Source of the DNA: Candidatus Enterousia sp.
GTDB lineage: Bacteria > Pseudomonadota > Alphaproteobacteria > Rs-D84
Assembly (NCBI GenBank): GCA_045133095.1
Contig: JBGUTP010000004.1
Location: 67,058 to 131,057, forward strand
Direction of reading: 5' to 3'
DNA length: 64,000 nucleotides
Below are positions 18,703 to 29,674 of the stretch, piece by piece; positions within the stretch are counted from its first letter, which is position 1; every line of letters starts with the position of its first letter. Both the position numbers and the translations under genes were made by a program. Under the pieces are notes generated by a model. It ran no database searches. It was given only the letters and a program-made list of their open reading frames with translations, and was not told the DNA's origin.

Positions 18703-19092
18703 CTACCATCTTTTAACGTCAGTCGAAACGTTATGCTTTTCAATAAATACAGTCAAACGTTCCAATACTTCACAGGCATCCTGTTCATGTTCCTGAAGTT
18801 TTTTATCCTGGTGAGTGTAAAGTTTAAGATTATCATAATCCCAATTCGTAGAGATTTCCAAGGCTTGACCATAAGACAATAAACCATAGCCCGGAATAAC
18901 AATCGCGTATTTAATATCATTGCCGTCTTCATCAACCTTTTGTAAGTGCGTCAGTGCCTCTATCTGAGTTATACACTGGTTTATATTATCCGTATCAGAC
19001 AACACCTTGGTGTCACCAACAATGTTATTGTCCGCCACATCTTCACAGGCACATAACGCCAACAACACCGGAAAAATACGCAGCAACCTCAT
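18703..19092 (-). CDS. Hypothetical lipoprotein
   Basis: Lipobox LALCAC, AAGGAG RBS. Confidence 0.75.
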   Translation of the reverse strand: MRLLRIFPVLLALCACEDVADNNIVGDTKVLSDTDNINQCITQIEALTHLQKVDEDGNDIKYAIVIPGYGLLSYGQALEISTNWDYDNLKLYTHQDKKLQEHEQDACEVLERLTVFIEKHNVSTDVKRW

Positions 19093-19260
19093 AATTACTC
19101 CTTTGTTTCATGCATTCAATTATACCATACTAACAAATATCTGCATTGATTTTTTTAGCGTTTTGTGTTATAGTACACAGTGAATCGATGACGACGTTTG
19201 GGTCGTCTTTTTTTATTTCACCCTGCCCCACGGCGGGGATTTTTTATTAAGGACAATTAT

Positions 19261-19797
19261 ATGATTACTGAATTACACGACAGACAAAATAACAGCATTG
19301 AAAAAACAATGAACGAAGAAGCAGGATATGTGGATAATCCACGCCTGATAGACCAACCAACTAATTTCGGAATAACACAACCGACACTGGATAAATACAA
19401 CCAAAAACACCCGACACTAAACTTTCCCAAGAAAGTAATTGATATAAAACGAGAACACGCAAAACAGATATATAAAGAAGACTATTATGACGGGCGCAAA
19501 ATCTGGGAAATTAAAAACCCCAGGATTGCACACGCCGTGTTTGATATGGGCGTAATGAGCAATTTTAACAATGTCGTTAAAACCGTTCAAAAAACACTGA
19601 ACAATTTTCAGCGTGCGAATTTAATAGTCGATGGCAAAATGGGCAACAAAACAATCGGCGCACTGAACAGCGTACCAGATGACAAAATCAACGAATTTAT
19701 GAACCTGTTGAAACGCAACAGGATTAAATATTTGCGCAGTTTATCAGGTTGGGACAAGTTCGGTCGCGGTTGGGTCAGTCGCACAAACAGATATTAA
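19261..19797 (+). CDS. Glycoside hydrolase family 108 lysozyme with peptidoglycan-binding C-terminus
   Basis: EAGYVDNP...TNFGIT, VFDMGV, VDGKMGNKT, FGRGWVSR. Confidence 0.85.
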   Translation: MITELHDRQNNSIEKTMNEEAGYVDNPRLIDQPTNFGITQPTLDKYNQKHPTLNFPKKVIDIKREHAKQIYKEDYYDGRKIWEIKNPRIAHAVFDMGVMSNFNNVVKTVQKTLNNFQRANLIVDGKMGNKTIGALNSVPDDKINEFMNLLKRNRIKYLRSLSGWDKFGRGWVSRTNRY

Positions 19798-19877
19798 AAA
19801 CATGGACAAAAACTTGACAAAACGCCGTATCTGAACTATGTTAATCGCAGCAATACGTCATAACAAGGATTGTAGAT

Positions 19878-20174
19878 ATGGCAACTTTTAAACAAATTAA
19901 ACCACACGAACATCAGCAGATGATGGAAACGATTAACAAAATGAAAGACCGTGCAACAAGTTCATTGGTTGCAGGATGCTCTTGCGTTTCAATGGGTGCG
20001 GTCGCTGTTGTCATAGCAACAATCAACGCATGTCGCGACGAAGCCGGTCTGGCGGCAATTTGTGCATTATCAGGGGTCTTTTCAGCATTTATCGGGGCAT
20101 GGAATATAAAGAATTCATTTGTCTGTAACAAGGAACTGAATTCGATAGAAAAAATGCTGAACAAGCAAAGATAA
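19878..20174 (+). CDS. Two-TM hypothetical protein
   Basis: Own promoter, AAGGA RBS, two hydrophobic helices; ends NKQR. Confidence 0.7.
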   Translation: MATFKQIKPHEHQQMMETINKMKDRATSSLVAGCSCVSMGAVAVVIATINACRDEAGLAAICALSGVFSAFIGAWNIKNSFVCNKELNSIEKMLNKQR

Positions 20175-20185
20175 AAAAACCGCCC

Positions 20186-21430
20186 TTAACTGTGGCGGTT
20201 TTTACTGTTCTGGCGGGGAATAAACAATGTACGACACACCCAACCCCACAGCACCAGCACACACCCTATCAATATCAAATAATAACGCAGCCAATCATAG
20301 CCGCCATAAACACCAACGTATATCAGACCAACAAAGCCAACCCACCGACCCAAAAACAGTGCAAAATCACGCAAGACAAAATATTCTATACGCGTGTCGC
20401 GCGTCACACAACGCGAACGGGAAAGTTTGTACATGCTGATGTTGCTTGATTGTTCAATAAAAATTATGGCGGTCGCATAAACCAAATTATAAATCAAGAA
20501 TGTCACAGGTGTCGCACGCCATACAAAAAACAACATCGATAACAAGACCAGAAAAACACAAATCTGAAGCAAGATGCGAATGGTCTTGTCGCGACTGATA
20601 TAGCGAAACACCCAACACGTCAACACCGAGCATATGGCAAACACCGTCGTCAATATACCAAGATTCAAATCAGAATGAAAAATGTAAACCGTGTACATCG
20701 TTATAACCGTCCCCAACAACCCTAACCCAAAACCACGCAGAACTTCTGATAAAAACAATTTACGAACAACCGGAAAACGACGCATACAACGATAAAAGCC
20801 AATAAAATCTGTACCACGGGAATCACGATGGCGACTGGGGGTCAACATAAAGGACAGTCCAAATTCCACGCACGACAACAATAACAGCGCAAAGGCAACA
20901 TCCGTATAAGAACCAGTGTCAATAAAACACCCCAAAATCACAGGCGCCAGAATTTTAGCCAAATAACCAATCGCATTATTTGTTCCAACAAAATGCCCCA
21001 TAGATTTACCTGACACCTTGTCCGCAGTTATAACATGACGTGGCAGATAGTACATAGCCGCACTTAGCCCATAAAGCAGCCCCAGCGGGACGACATAATT
21101 GACCGCATCCGCACCCAGAAAAATAATCGCCGACAAAACCGCCATTTTAGGCAACACACTTAACCCAAAGACAGTCGCCTTGTTATGACGCTTTACCCAA
21201 CCCGCAAACAAAAAGAAACCCGCACACGTCGCGACATATTCAAATAATTTATAGGTAGATATTGATACTATCTCGTTCACAGAAATGTGCATGACAAATG
21301 AAATAAAGAACGCACCCATAAATAAATCAGAAACCGTGCGCAAGGCACCGAATATTATCAACAACCATAAATCACGTGACAACTTATTCGACGACATGGA
21401 TAAAAATTTCTCTCTGCTGTATTTGAACAT
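20186..21430 (-). CDS. MFS transporter
   Basis: 414 aa with about 12 hydrophobic segments. Confidence 0.85.
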   Translation of the reverse strand: MFKYSREKFLSMSSNKLSRDLWLLIIFGALRTVSDLFMGAFFISFVMHISVNEIVSISTYKLFEYVATCAGFFLFAGWVKRHNKATVFGLSVLPKMAVLSAIIFLGADAVNYVVPLGLLYGLSAAMYYLPRHVITADKVSGKSMGHFVGTNNAIGYLAKILAPVILGCFIDTGSYTDVAFALLLLSCVEFGLSFMLTPSRHRDSRGTDFIGFYRCMRRFPVVRKLFLSEVLRGFGLGLLGTVITMYTVYIFHSDLNLGILTTVFAICSVLTCWVFRYISRDKTIRILLQICVFLVLLSMLFFVWRATPVTFLIYNLVYATAIIFIEQSSNISMYKLSRSRCVTRDTRIEYFVLRDFALFLGRWVGFVGLIYVGVYGGYDWLRYYLILIGCVLVLWGWVCRTLFIPRQNSKNRHS

Positions 21431-21504
21431 GGGGATTATATCATATTTTATCCAGCAAATAAATCAGTTTGACATCAGTGGACACCACAGTCTATAATAT
21501 CGGC

Positions 21505-21624
21505 ATGAAAAAAGCATTTTTATTCTTTCTGGTGTTGTCGGTCTTGGCAATTGGGGGATGCGGGGTAAAATCTGACCTGGCGCACCCTAACCCGGATTAT
21601 CCACGTGACTATCCAGTATATTAA
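21505..21624 (+). CDS. Small lipoprotein (LptM/YifL-like), absent from the ORF track
   Basis: MKKAFLFFLVLSVLAIGGCGVKSDLAHPNPDYPRDYPVY; CGxKxxL.P motif; followed by a terminator. Confidence 0.65.
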   Translation: MKKAFLFFLVLSVLAIGGCGVKSDLAHPNPDYPRDYPVY

Positions 21625-21723
21625 GAAAAGCCCATTGGGCTTTTTTTCAACGCAGTATCAAAACAAAGAACGCCCCAATCGGGGCGCACTTTGCACATAA
21701 CCAAAAAAACTAAACATATACGC

Positions 21724-21903
21724 TTAGTGTGAAACCTTAGCCTCTGTCATAACAACATGCTTGCGCAGTTTTTTGTCATACTTGCGGAATTTCATTTTGC
21801 CCTGAGTATTTTCGGACTTGGTGTTTTTAGTTGTGATATAGAAGACGCCAGTTTCGTTATTTCTTAACTGTACAACTTCTTTGCTACCTTTTTTAGATGC
21901 CAT
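21724..21903 (-). CDS. rpmG: 50S ribosomal protein L33 (cysteine-free form), absent from the ORF track
   Basis: Hand translation MASKKGSKEVVQLRNNETGVFYITTKN...KMKFRKYDKKLRKHVVMTEAKVSH. Confidence 0.92.
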   Translation of the reverse strand: MASKKGSKEVVQLRNNETGVFYITTKNTKSENTQGKMKFRKYDKKLRKHVVMTEAKVSH

Positions 21904-22010
21904 TTTATTTCGCCTTTATATTATTCTGCGTCGGATTGTATGTTAAATTTTACTGGAAATCAAGTTTTTTTTATCATAAAATGGAAAAACTGTTCAAACA
22001 GCCCTTGCAA

Positions 22011-22095
<85 letters not shown>

Positions 22096-22112
22096 TTTTC
22101 CATAGTTTTTGC

Positions 22113-22271
22113 GCGGATAACAATTGAGCCATAGGCGACTACGCAGCAACGCGAAGTGGAACGGAACGCGAAAGCGTGACGGTCAAATTGGTAGACGCGC
22201 TGGATTTAGGTTCCATGCGCAACCCATAGGAGTTCGAGTCTCCTTACCCGCACCATTTTCCATAGTTTTTG
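22113..22271 (+). pseudogene. Tandem degenerate tRNA-Leu copy with a hairpin-rich insertion in the 5' D-arm region
   Basis: 22185-22271 nearly identical to 22023-22111; 5' GCGGATA is separated from it by about 65 nt. Confidence 0.8.
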
Positions 22272-22415
22272 TATAAAATACACTTTTTTATGTGGTTTTG
22301 CATAATTTTTTCGACAAAACACTTGACTTTTGCATAAAAAAACATAAAATTTGCATAAACTTTTCGCCAAATGGCGTAAATAATAATAAACAAATTAAGA
22401 AACAAGAGAAAGAAA

Positions 22416-22715
22416 ATGAGCGATTTTGCAATCTTTCAAACCGGCGGCAAACAATATCGCGTTGCACAAGGCGATATTATCAAGGTTGAAAAACTGAACG
22501 CCGAAGGGAAAGTAGAATTTGACCAGGTTTTAATGGTCGGCGATAAAATCGGTACACCATTCGTAGAAGGTGCAAAGGTTGTCGCAGAAGTAATTGAACA
22601 GAAACGCGCTGACAAGATTTTGGTGTTCAAGAAAAAACGTCGCCAGAATTATCGCCGCACAGCCGGTCATCGTCAGTATATCACTGTTCTGAAAGTAACA
22701 GATATTAAAGCCTAA
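22416..22715 (+). CDS. rplU: 50S ribosomal protein L21
   Basis: [26 protein letters not shown]. Confidence 0.97.
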   Translation: MSDFAIFQTGGKQYRVAQGDIIKVEKLNAEGKVEFDQVLMVGDKIGTPFVEGAKVVAEVIEQKRADKILVFKKKRRQNYRRTAGHRQYITVLKVTDIKA

Positions 22716-22726
22716 GGAGCGAAAAT

Positions 22727-22996
22727 ATGGCACATAAGAAAGCCGGTTCGGCTTCAATGAACGGACGCGACTCGGCAGGACGCAGATTAGGCGTTAAAAA
22801 AGCCGGCGGCAGCCGCGTTATCCCAGGCAACATCATTATTCGTCAGCGTGGTACATCTGTACACCCAGGACTGAATGTTGGTATGGGTAAAGACCACACA
22901 ATCTTTGCTAAGATTGCGGGTATTGTGAAATTCAAAAAGGGTAACGGCGACCGTAAAACTGTTTCTGTTATCCCAGAAGAAGCAGAAGCAAAATAA
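22727..22996 (+). CDS. rpmA: 50S ribosomal protein L27
   Basis: MAHKKAG...[13 protein letters not shown]. Confidence 0.98.
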   Translation: MAHKKAGSASMNGRDSAGRRLGVKKAGGSRVIPGNIIIRQRGTSVHPGLNVGMGKDHTIFAKIAGIVKFKKGNGDRKTVSVIPEEAEAK

Positions 22997-23074
22997 TAAA
23001 AGCCCCCAATCGGGGGTTTTTATATTTCAGAATAAAACCGCCATTTCGGCGGTCTTTTTGTTTTAGGTTTCTTA

Positions 23075-25306
23075 TTACTTGCCAAACTTTCCACTGCGTG
23101 GAAATCCAACAGGCACCGTACGCCCCTGGGACGCACGACGACCACGCCACGGCGCCCAATCCGACAACTTGGTTGTGCCACGACCGGTTATCCAGCCAAA
23201 ACCGTCAACCTCGGCAAAGAACATGACGTCTAAAACATAGGTACGTTCGGCATTGTATTTTTGCAATATCACACCTTTGCCGCGGGTCATTTCCGGAATT
23301 TCCGCGGTTGGGAATATTAACAATTTATCATTAGAACCAGACATTGCAACCATGTCACCCGACACCGCAACACACATGTGTGCCGGATTCTTGGCATCAA
23401 CATTCATTACCTGCTTGCCATTTTTGGTCTGCGCCAGGCAATTATCACCAGAGATAATAAAACCGTTTCCATGACGTGACACCAACAAATAGCGCGCATT
23501 CGCATCCAATACAAACGCACGGACAATTTCTTCGTCGGCACCAATATCAGCCATCATGCGAACAGATTCGCCAAAACCGCGCGCGGATGGTAACTCATTC
23601 GCAGCCAAGGTGAACATTTTTCCCGCAGAACAAAAGATATTTATCTTGTCCGTGGATTGTGCATGAAACGCAGAATGCAATTCGTCGCCTTCTTTGAACT
23701 TAACATCCAGTGAATTTAAGTCCAGATGTCCCTTGGCGGCACGTATCCAACCCATTGTTGACAAGATAATCGTCAAAGGTTCTTTTTCAATAAATTCGTC
23801 CGCGTTTACAACAATTTCTTCGGTTTGTTCCGCCCATGTTGTGCGACGACGCCCCAAAGCAGTCTTTTTATCGTAACGCTTTTTAATATCCGAGAACCAC
23901 GCCTTTATCTGTGCGTTCTGCAAATCTTCGCTGTCAAGCAAGGCCTGAAGTTGTTCTTGTTCCGCACGCAATGCCGCATCTTCACGCTTTATTTCCATTT
24001 CTTCCAGTTTGCGCAATGAACGCAGGCGCGTATTCAAAATGGCTTCTACCTGAATTTCAGTCAAATTAAATTCGGCAATCAATACCGCCTTGGCATCGTC
24101 TTCGTTTCGGATGATTTCAATAACACGGTCCAGATTCAGGTACACAACCAACAAACCACCCAAAATTTCCAGACGACGCGCAATGTTGCCTAAACGCCAG
24201 TTCGTTCTGCGACGCAACACAACTTTTTGATGCGCGATAAATTCACGCAAAACATCGCCAATCGGCATAACACGTGGCGCACCCTTGGAATCAATAACAT
24301 TGAAATTCATGTTAAAGCGATATTCCAAATCCGTCAGCGCAAATAAATGCGCCATCATTTTGTCCGCAGGTATATTACGCGTTTTTGGTGTAATAACAAT
24401 ACGGACGTCCGTTGTAGATTCATCGATAATGTCGTCAACCAGCGGCAATTTCTTGGCATCAATCAGGGTGGCAATTTGTTCGACCAATTTTGACTTTATA
24501 ATCCCATAAGGAATTTCAGATATAACAACCTGCCAGGCGCCACGTTCCAGTTCTTCTATTTCCCAGCGCGCACGAACACGGAATGCACCCTTGCCCGCTT
24601 CGTAATTTTTAACAATGGTGTCAAAACTGTCAATCAAGATGCCGCCGGTCGGAAAATCAGGACCAACCATTTTCTTTATAATCTGGGCGGTGGTGGCATC
24701 AGGCTTATCAACAACCAGGTTTAAGGCATCGCAAACCTCTGCCACGTTGTGCGTCGGGATGTTAGTCGCCATACCAACCGCAATTCCCATACCACCGTTT
24801 GCCAACAAATTTGGAAATGCGCCAGGCATAACAACAGGTTCAACCGTGGTACCGTCAAAGTTCGGCATCATGTCAACACTGTCTTCGTCCAGCCCTTCCA
24901 TAATCAGCATGGCAGCATCTGTCATCTTGGATTCAGTGTAACGATATGCCGCCTGGGGGTCGCCGTCAATGTTACCAAAGTTACCCTGACCATCAATCAA
25001 GGGATAACGAACAGAAAAATCCTGGGCCAGGCGAACCATGGCATCATAAACAGAACTGTCACCATGGGGATGATAATGACCCAACACGTCACCAACAACC
25101 GTCGCGCATTTGCGAAATGCCGCATTGGGGGACAGTTTCTGCCGCAACATGGAATACAATATGCGACGATGTACAGGCTTTAACCCGTCACGAACGTCGG
25201 GTAATGCACGTGATACAATGGTACTGACCGCATAGGAAAGATAACGTTCCGACAGCGCATCTGATAACTGCTGAGAATCAATGTTTTCTATAATTTCTTT
25301 TGTCAT
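23075..25306 (-). CDS. parC: DNA topoisomerase IV subunit A
   Basis: [31 protein letters not shown]; 743 aa, no GyrA box. Confidence 0.93.
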   Translation of the reverse strand: MTKEIIENIDSQQLSDALSERYLSYAVSTIVSRALPDVRDGLKPVHRRILYSMLRQKLSPNAAFRKCATVVGDVLGHYHPHGDSSVYDAMVRLAQDFSVRYPLIDGQGNFGNIDGDPQAAYRYTESKMTDAAMLIMEGLDEDSVDMMPNFDGTTVEPVVMPGAFPNLLANGGMGIAVGMATNIPTHNVAEVCDALNLVVDKPDATTAQIIKKMVGPDFPTGGILIDSFDTIVKNYEAGKGAFRVRARWEIEELERGAWQVVISEIPYGIIKSKLVEQIATLIDAKKLPLVDDIIDESTTDVRIVITPKTRNIPADKMMAHLFALTDLEYRFNMNFNVIDSKGAPRVMPIGDVLREFIAHQKVVLRRRTNWRLGNIARRLEILGGLLVVYLNLDRVIEIIRNEDDAKAVLIAEFNLTEIQVEAILNTRLRSLRKLEEMEIKREDAALRAEQEQLQALLDSEDLQNAQIKAWFSDIKKRYDKKTALGRRRTTWAEQTEEIVVNADEFIEKEPLTIILSTMGWIRAAKGHLDLNSLDVKFKEGDELHSAFHAQSTDKINIFCSAGKMFTLAANELPSARGFGESVRMMADIGADEEIVRAFVLDANARYLLVSRHGNGFIISGDNCLAQTKNGKQVMNVDAKNPAHMCVAVSGDMVAMSGSNDKLLIFPTAEIPEMTRGKGVILQKYNAERTYVLDVMFFAEVDGFGWITGRGTTKLSDWAPWRGRRASQGRTVPVGFPRSGKFGK

Positions 25307-25625
25307 GATGATGAAAATTTAAAACATTTGAAAAAAAATAACAACAGAAAAAAATCAGCCACTTTTGGATAAAAAAATTTTTTCACCCCCTTGACAAAAA
25401 CACTGTTTTTATTATATATTGTACGTACAAACTTTGGTTCCCTGGTAACGGGGCGGGCTGCCGAGAAGATAGTATGGCAAGTCGGGGCATATTGAATTAA
25501 CAATTTGTCTGAATGTACATCGCGAATTTTGCTTTATCGCGGTGAACCAATCAAAAAACACAGTAACAGTAATAAAATTTGACCCATCGTATGATGTGTC
25601 GTTTTGATTGCAAAGAGGTAAAAAA

Positions 25626-26753
25626 ATGAAATTCAAATGGACTGTTCCATATATTATGTTTGGAATTACGCTGATGGGTACCACAAGTGTTTCAATCGCA
25701 CGAAATGATGCCGGCAAAGAACCAAATAAAAAAGCAAATAAAACTTTTACTGACAACAACCTGGCATACAGTATTGTAATGCCGTACGATGTGGCGTTGG
25801 ATAAGAAAGTAAATGACAGTTACCTGGACAACAAGGCAGAAAACCTGACAAACGCGTACATTGAAAATATGGTCGTCGCACAGAAAAAATTAGGACCATT
25901 GCTGGGGAAACACGGATACAATGCCGCCGTACGCAAGGAATTGCCAGGCGCGCCGGTCGGCCAACATTGCATGTACGGTCAATACACTCAATTGACACGC
26001 GCACTGAGCCAAGAAGGCGACACTATCACAATCATTCCAAAAACCGCTAATACGTCATGCGCACAATTCAAGACGCAAATGAAAAGCAAATATAAAAATC
26101 CAGAATACAACAATTGTGTCGCAGAAGGGAAATTGTTCGAAAACAAAGATGCGTACAACAAAGCAATGAAGAATTTCTTGAAACGAAACAAAATTAGCGA
26201 TAAAACACCCGATTCCGTCAAGCAAGCCGCAATCGAAAAGTTTAAGCATAAAAATATCCTGGCGGATTCTTTGAACCCGGGAACTATACTGATTGTGCCA
26301 AGATTCCACGGCAGCAGGACACAATTTCACGCGATAATGATGATGGGACGGGGACGTGTCGAGAAAGGACAATTTGTACCTGATGATGCCGGTAAATATA
26401 TCTATATCGGGCATAACCGCGAACGAATTGGCGACCTGTTCAGGACATACGATACTTCGCACGTTTTTGCCGCAGACACCAAGAAAATCGCACGCGTTAG
26501 TTTTGCCAAGGAATTGAACATCTTGCTGAATATGCCGACAGAAGGACTGATACAATTTTTGCAAAGTCCTGAAATGCCTGCGGAAATCTTAAGATTGTAC
26601 CCAAGATATATCTTGCAGCAGATGGCACGCGATAAATACTTTAAAAAGGACACAAAACTAACAAAGATGGCACCGTTTATCGCAGCAGAAGATACAAAAA
26701 AACCAACGACAACCGATTGGATATTACACTGCTATAATCAGCATATAATGTAA
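25626..26753 (+). CDS. Exported basic hypothetical protein
   Basis: Signal peptide-like N-terminus, long ORF, GAGG RBS. Confidence 0.75.
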   Translation: MKFKWTVPYIMFGITLMGTTSVSIARNDAGKEPNKKANKTFTDNNLAYSIVMPYDVALDKKVNDSYLDNKAENLTNAYIENMVVAQKKLGPLLGKHGYNAAVRKELPGAPVGQHCMYGQYTQLTRALSQEGDTITIIPKTANTSCAQFKTQMKSKYKNPEYNNCVAEGKLFENKDAYNKAMKNFLKRNKISDKTPDSVKQAAIEKFKHKNILADSLNPGTILIVPRFHGSRTQFHAIMMMGRGRVEKGQFVPDDAGKYIYIGHNRERIGDLFRTYDTSHVFAADTKKIARVSFAKELNILLNMPTEGLIQFLQSPEMPAEILRLYPRYILQQMARDKYFKKDTKLTKMAPFIAAEDTKKPTTTDWILHCYNQHIM

Positions 26754-26776
26754 AAAAGCCCCACATTGTGGGGTTT

Positions 26777-27055
26777 TTATTGCGAAATTTTATGTTTTAT
26801 TTCACGAATACGGGCAAGAATTTCCTTTAAATCCGATTCGGTGGCGGCGACGGGTGGTCTGTTATGAACTTCGTCCATTAACACTATACACAGGGTCGCC
26901 AGCAACGAACTTTCGGGTAAAGGTCCAATTTTATTCAAAATTTCACGGGCGCGCATGTCAACCATCTGCCCCAATTCTATCAGGCGTCCCTCTTGACCGT
27001 CTTCGCAGCCCATAGGATAGTTTTTATTTACGATTGGAATTGATACAACACTCAT
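26777..27055 (-). CDS. zapA: Cell division protein ZapA
   Basis: NKNYPMGCEDGQEGRLIELGQMVD. Confidence 0.85.
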   Translation of the reverse strand: MSVVSIPIVNKNYPMGCEDGQEGRLIELGQMVDMRAREILNKIGPLPESSLLATLCIVLMDEVHNRPPVAATESDLKEILARIREIKHKISQ

Positions 27056-27264
27056 TTTTTCAACTTCTTTAGTATGGATATCGATTGGTCAATCATTTCT
27101 GTGGCGCGGGCATTCTTGTCACGCAGTGAACGCACCTGTTCGGTCAAGATAGCCACTTCCAGGTCTGTCTGCTTGCCCGCATGTATCGCGGTACCGCGCA
27201 GGCGTGCCGCAGCCTCTTCCAAATTGGATAATTCTTGAAAAATTTGATGCTTTATATCTGCCAT
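27052..27264 (-). CDS. Small coiled-coil protein upstream of zapA (ZapB/DUF4164-like)
   Basis: Heptad pattern; ATGA overlap with zapA. Confidence 0.6.
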   Translation of the reverse strand: MADIKHQIFQELSNLEEAAARLRGTAIHAGKQTDLEVAILTEQVRSLRDKNARATEMIDQSISILKKLKK

Positions 27265-27346
27265 ATTTGCAGTTTAAGATATTTTTTGTATGCGTTCAAC
27301 CCTAAAATGTGATATACTGTTGCTATCTATTGTGGGGGTTTATGTT

Positions 27347-28453
27347 ATGAATACTAAAATAATCTATATTTCTGGGAATGAAGTCTTTGAAATGGCTGAT
27401 ATTCGTGCCGCATTTGAAACAGTTCGCAAAACATTAGGGCTGTCAAAGGACACTGTGTTATTTGGTGTGCCTGTTGATTGTGATAACGCGTTGGACGTGG
27501 AAAAACATGCCGACGTTACAGAAGAAACGTTTAATATAAGCCAGACTGCCACCAAAGCCACAATAGAAACCAAGGCAGAAGTTGCACCGGCAATAATGCT
27601 AGCAACCGACGATGCAGAAGTTCATGCAATAGAAGAAATAGAACCACTTACAGATATAATCGTTGAACCAGTGATTGATAAAATAGAAGAAGAACCTGTC
27701 GAAGTCCCAGGTGCAATCAACGAAATTGAAGAAGTCGAAGAAGAAGCAAAAGTTATTCCTATTTTGTCTGTACTGGCGGCAAAAGATACACAGCCAACGA
27801 CAGATACAAACGTCGCACCACAAAAGACGGAAAACGAAGAAATCAATGTCATTGACGATGGTATCGACATTCAAACAGTGGAACCAGTAATGCTTGACGA
27901 GGCAGAACAAGGTATTCAGGACGCCGAAATCAAAGAAACAATAACAGATGTGAACATTGATACCGATATCATAGAAATAGACGGTGTTGGTGAAACCGAC
28001 GATAAAACACAAAAAATCAGCATCAGCGACACTTTAACCGAAGACGCCCCAGAAGAACCAATGGAGGCTTCTATTATGCAGTTGCTGGATAGTATGCAGC
28101 CTTTGCGCGAAGATATGCAAAGTGCAAAATTTGATGATGAAAATGAAGATCTGCTGATTGATGTCGAATTTGACAACGAACAGGTAAACACAGGCAACGA
28201 CGACGATGCTACGTTGGCACAGTTGGCAAACGAGTTCGCAGAAAAAGCAGATAAAATCCCCAGCAAGCCAAAGTCTGAATCACAGGGAAAAATTGGTAAA
28301 CTGAAAAGCATACTGCCTTTTTCCAAACAAAAACGCGAAGACACCGGATTGATGGGCGATTTGTTCGGATGGGCAGGCGTTGCCGCCAACGACGAGGATT
28401 TCGCAATCCCTGGATTCTTTACGACAAACGTACAAAAGAAACAAGGCGCATGA
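27347..28453 (+). CDS. Highly acidic, probably largely disordered hypothetical protein
   Basis: E/D-rich centre, folded-looking N-terminus, hydrophobic C-terminal motif. Confidence 0.75.
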   Translation: MNTKIIYISGNEVFEMADIRAAFETVRKTLGLSKDTVLFGVPVDCDNALDVEKHADVTEETFNISQTATKATIETKAEVAPAIMLATDDAEVHAIEEIEPLTDIIVEPVIDKIEEEPVEVPGAINEIEEVEEEAKVIPILSVLAAKDTQPTTDTNVAPQKTENEEINVIDDGIDIQTVEPVMLDEAEQGIQDAEIKETITDVNIDTDIIEIDGVGETDDKTQKISISDTLTEDAPEEPMEASIMQLLDSMQPLREDMQSAKFDDENEDLLIDVEFDNEQVNTGNDDDATLAQLANEFAEKADKIPSKPKSESQGKIGKLKSILPFSKQKREDTGLMGDLFGWAGVAANDEDFAIPGFFTTNVQKKQGA

Positions 28454-28462
28454 TTTAACTAA

Positions 28463-28963
28463 ATGAACAGTGACACAATTATTACACTGCTGACAAATTC
28501 CGGATTCTACGGCGTACGTATGGATGCGGATTTTGTTTATATGGAAGACCCATCGTGCATTCTGCGCGGGTTTGAAACTTTCCTGAACTATGCGTGGTTT
28601 GCAATAGTACTGATTACAGGGGTAATGCTGTTTGGGTGGGCAATATCCATGATTCGCGGGGCAAAAAACGACATATTTTCAAATATGAAAAATTTAATCT
28701 TGATATTTGGTGTGTTGTGCCTGACTAAACCAATGATGAACCTGATTTATGGGGGGGATTTGTTTGCAATAGGATGTGAAACTATTGCCGTGCCAATAGA
28801 AGAAATGAATAAACTGTTGGATGCAAGAAACAGCAATTTAAACCCAGACAATGAATTAAGCGAAACATTGGATATATTTGATTCTGGGGCAAGATTTACG
28901 TCAGATAAACCACATGAAATTCCATATTCACAGGCACCACTTAGCGGCGCGGGCGATATCTGA
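28463..28963 (+). CDS. Two-TM membrane protein
   Basis: Two hydrophobic helices; 9 nt after the upstream gene. Confidence 0.7.
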   Translation: MNSDTIITLLTNSGFYGVRMDADFVYMEDPSCILRGFETFLNYAWFAIVLITGVMLFGWAISMIRGAKNDIFSNMKNLILIFGVLCLTKPMMNLIYGGDLFAIGCETIAVPIEEMNKLLDARNSNLNPDNELSETLDIFDSGARFTSDKPHEIPYSQAPLSGAGDI

Positions 28964-29668
28964 TTAACGACGAAAACTGTCCGTTCCCGCCCATGGACAA
29001 TTACGATAAGAAATGACGTTCCCACTGCCAGTTACAAGGTAATGGTCATGCAGACCAATGTTGAATATACTTAATTGCGCCTCTAGCATCTTGGTCAGGT
29101 TAATATCGTCACGCGAAAATGTATTATCTGATACAGGATGATTGTGCGCTATGATTATGCTGACTGAATTTAACGACAGAGCTTTGCGTGCTATTTCACG
29201 TGGATACGCATCAGAATAATCAATTGTGCCGACACTGTGCGTTTCGTCCAGCAACAAACGCTGATGCGGACCAAGGTATAAGATATGCAATTCTTCGACA
29301 GGTTTGCCAGTTAATATGCGACGACAATATGCATGAATTACCGCAGGGTCAGATAAAATCTTGCCTTCGGTAATCTGTTCAGTATGAGAAACAATAAATA
29401 ATTCATGCATAAGTTTTATTAAAATAGCCGCACTGCGCCCCACACCAGGAACCGACATTAAATCAGGTACAGATGCCGACATAACAAGGTAAACGTTACC
29501 AAACCGGGCAATCAAGGCACGCGCCAGCGGACGAACATCACGCCGTGGAATCGCATAGGTCAATAAAAGTTCAAGTTTTTCATAACTGACCAGTTTGCCG
29601 TCCAGTAATCTTTCCTTTAACCTTTCACGATGCCCGGCATGGAATAATAAATCATCGCTCTTTGTCAT
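28964..29668 (-). CDS. radC: RadC/JAB-domain (UPF0758) protein
   Basis: GHRERLKER, YPREI, AHNHP, DHYLV. Confidence 0.92.
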   Translation of the reverse strand: MTKSDDLLFHAGHRERLKERLLDGKLVSYEKLELLLTYAIPRRDVRPLARALIARFGNVYLVMSASVPDLMSVPGVGRSAAILIKLMHELFIVSHTEQITEGKILSDPAVIHAYCRRILTGKPVEELHILYLGPHQRLLLDETHSVGTIDYSDAYPREIARKALSLNSVSIIIAHNHPVSDNTFSRDDINLTKMLEAQLSIFNIGLHDHYLVTGSGNVISYRNCPWAGTDSFRR

Positions 29669-29674
29669 TGGGGC

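Noticed and set aside
23075-25306. gyrA
   Set aside because: Short length and absence of a GyrA box favour parC.
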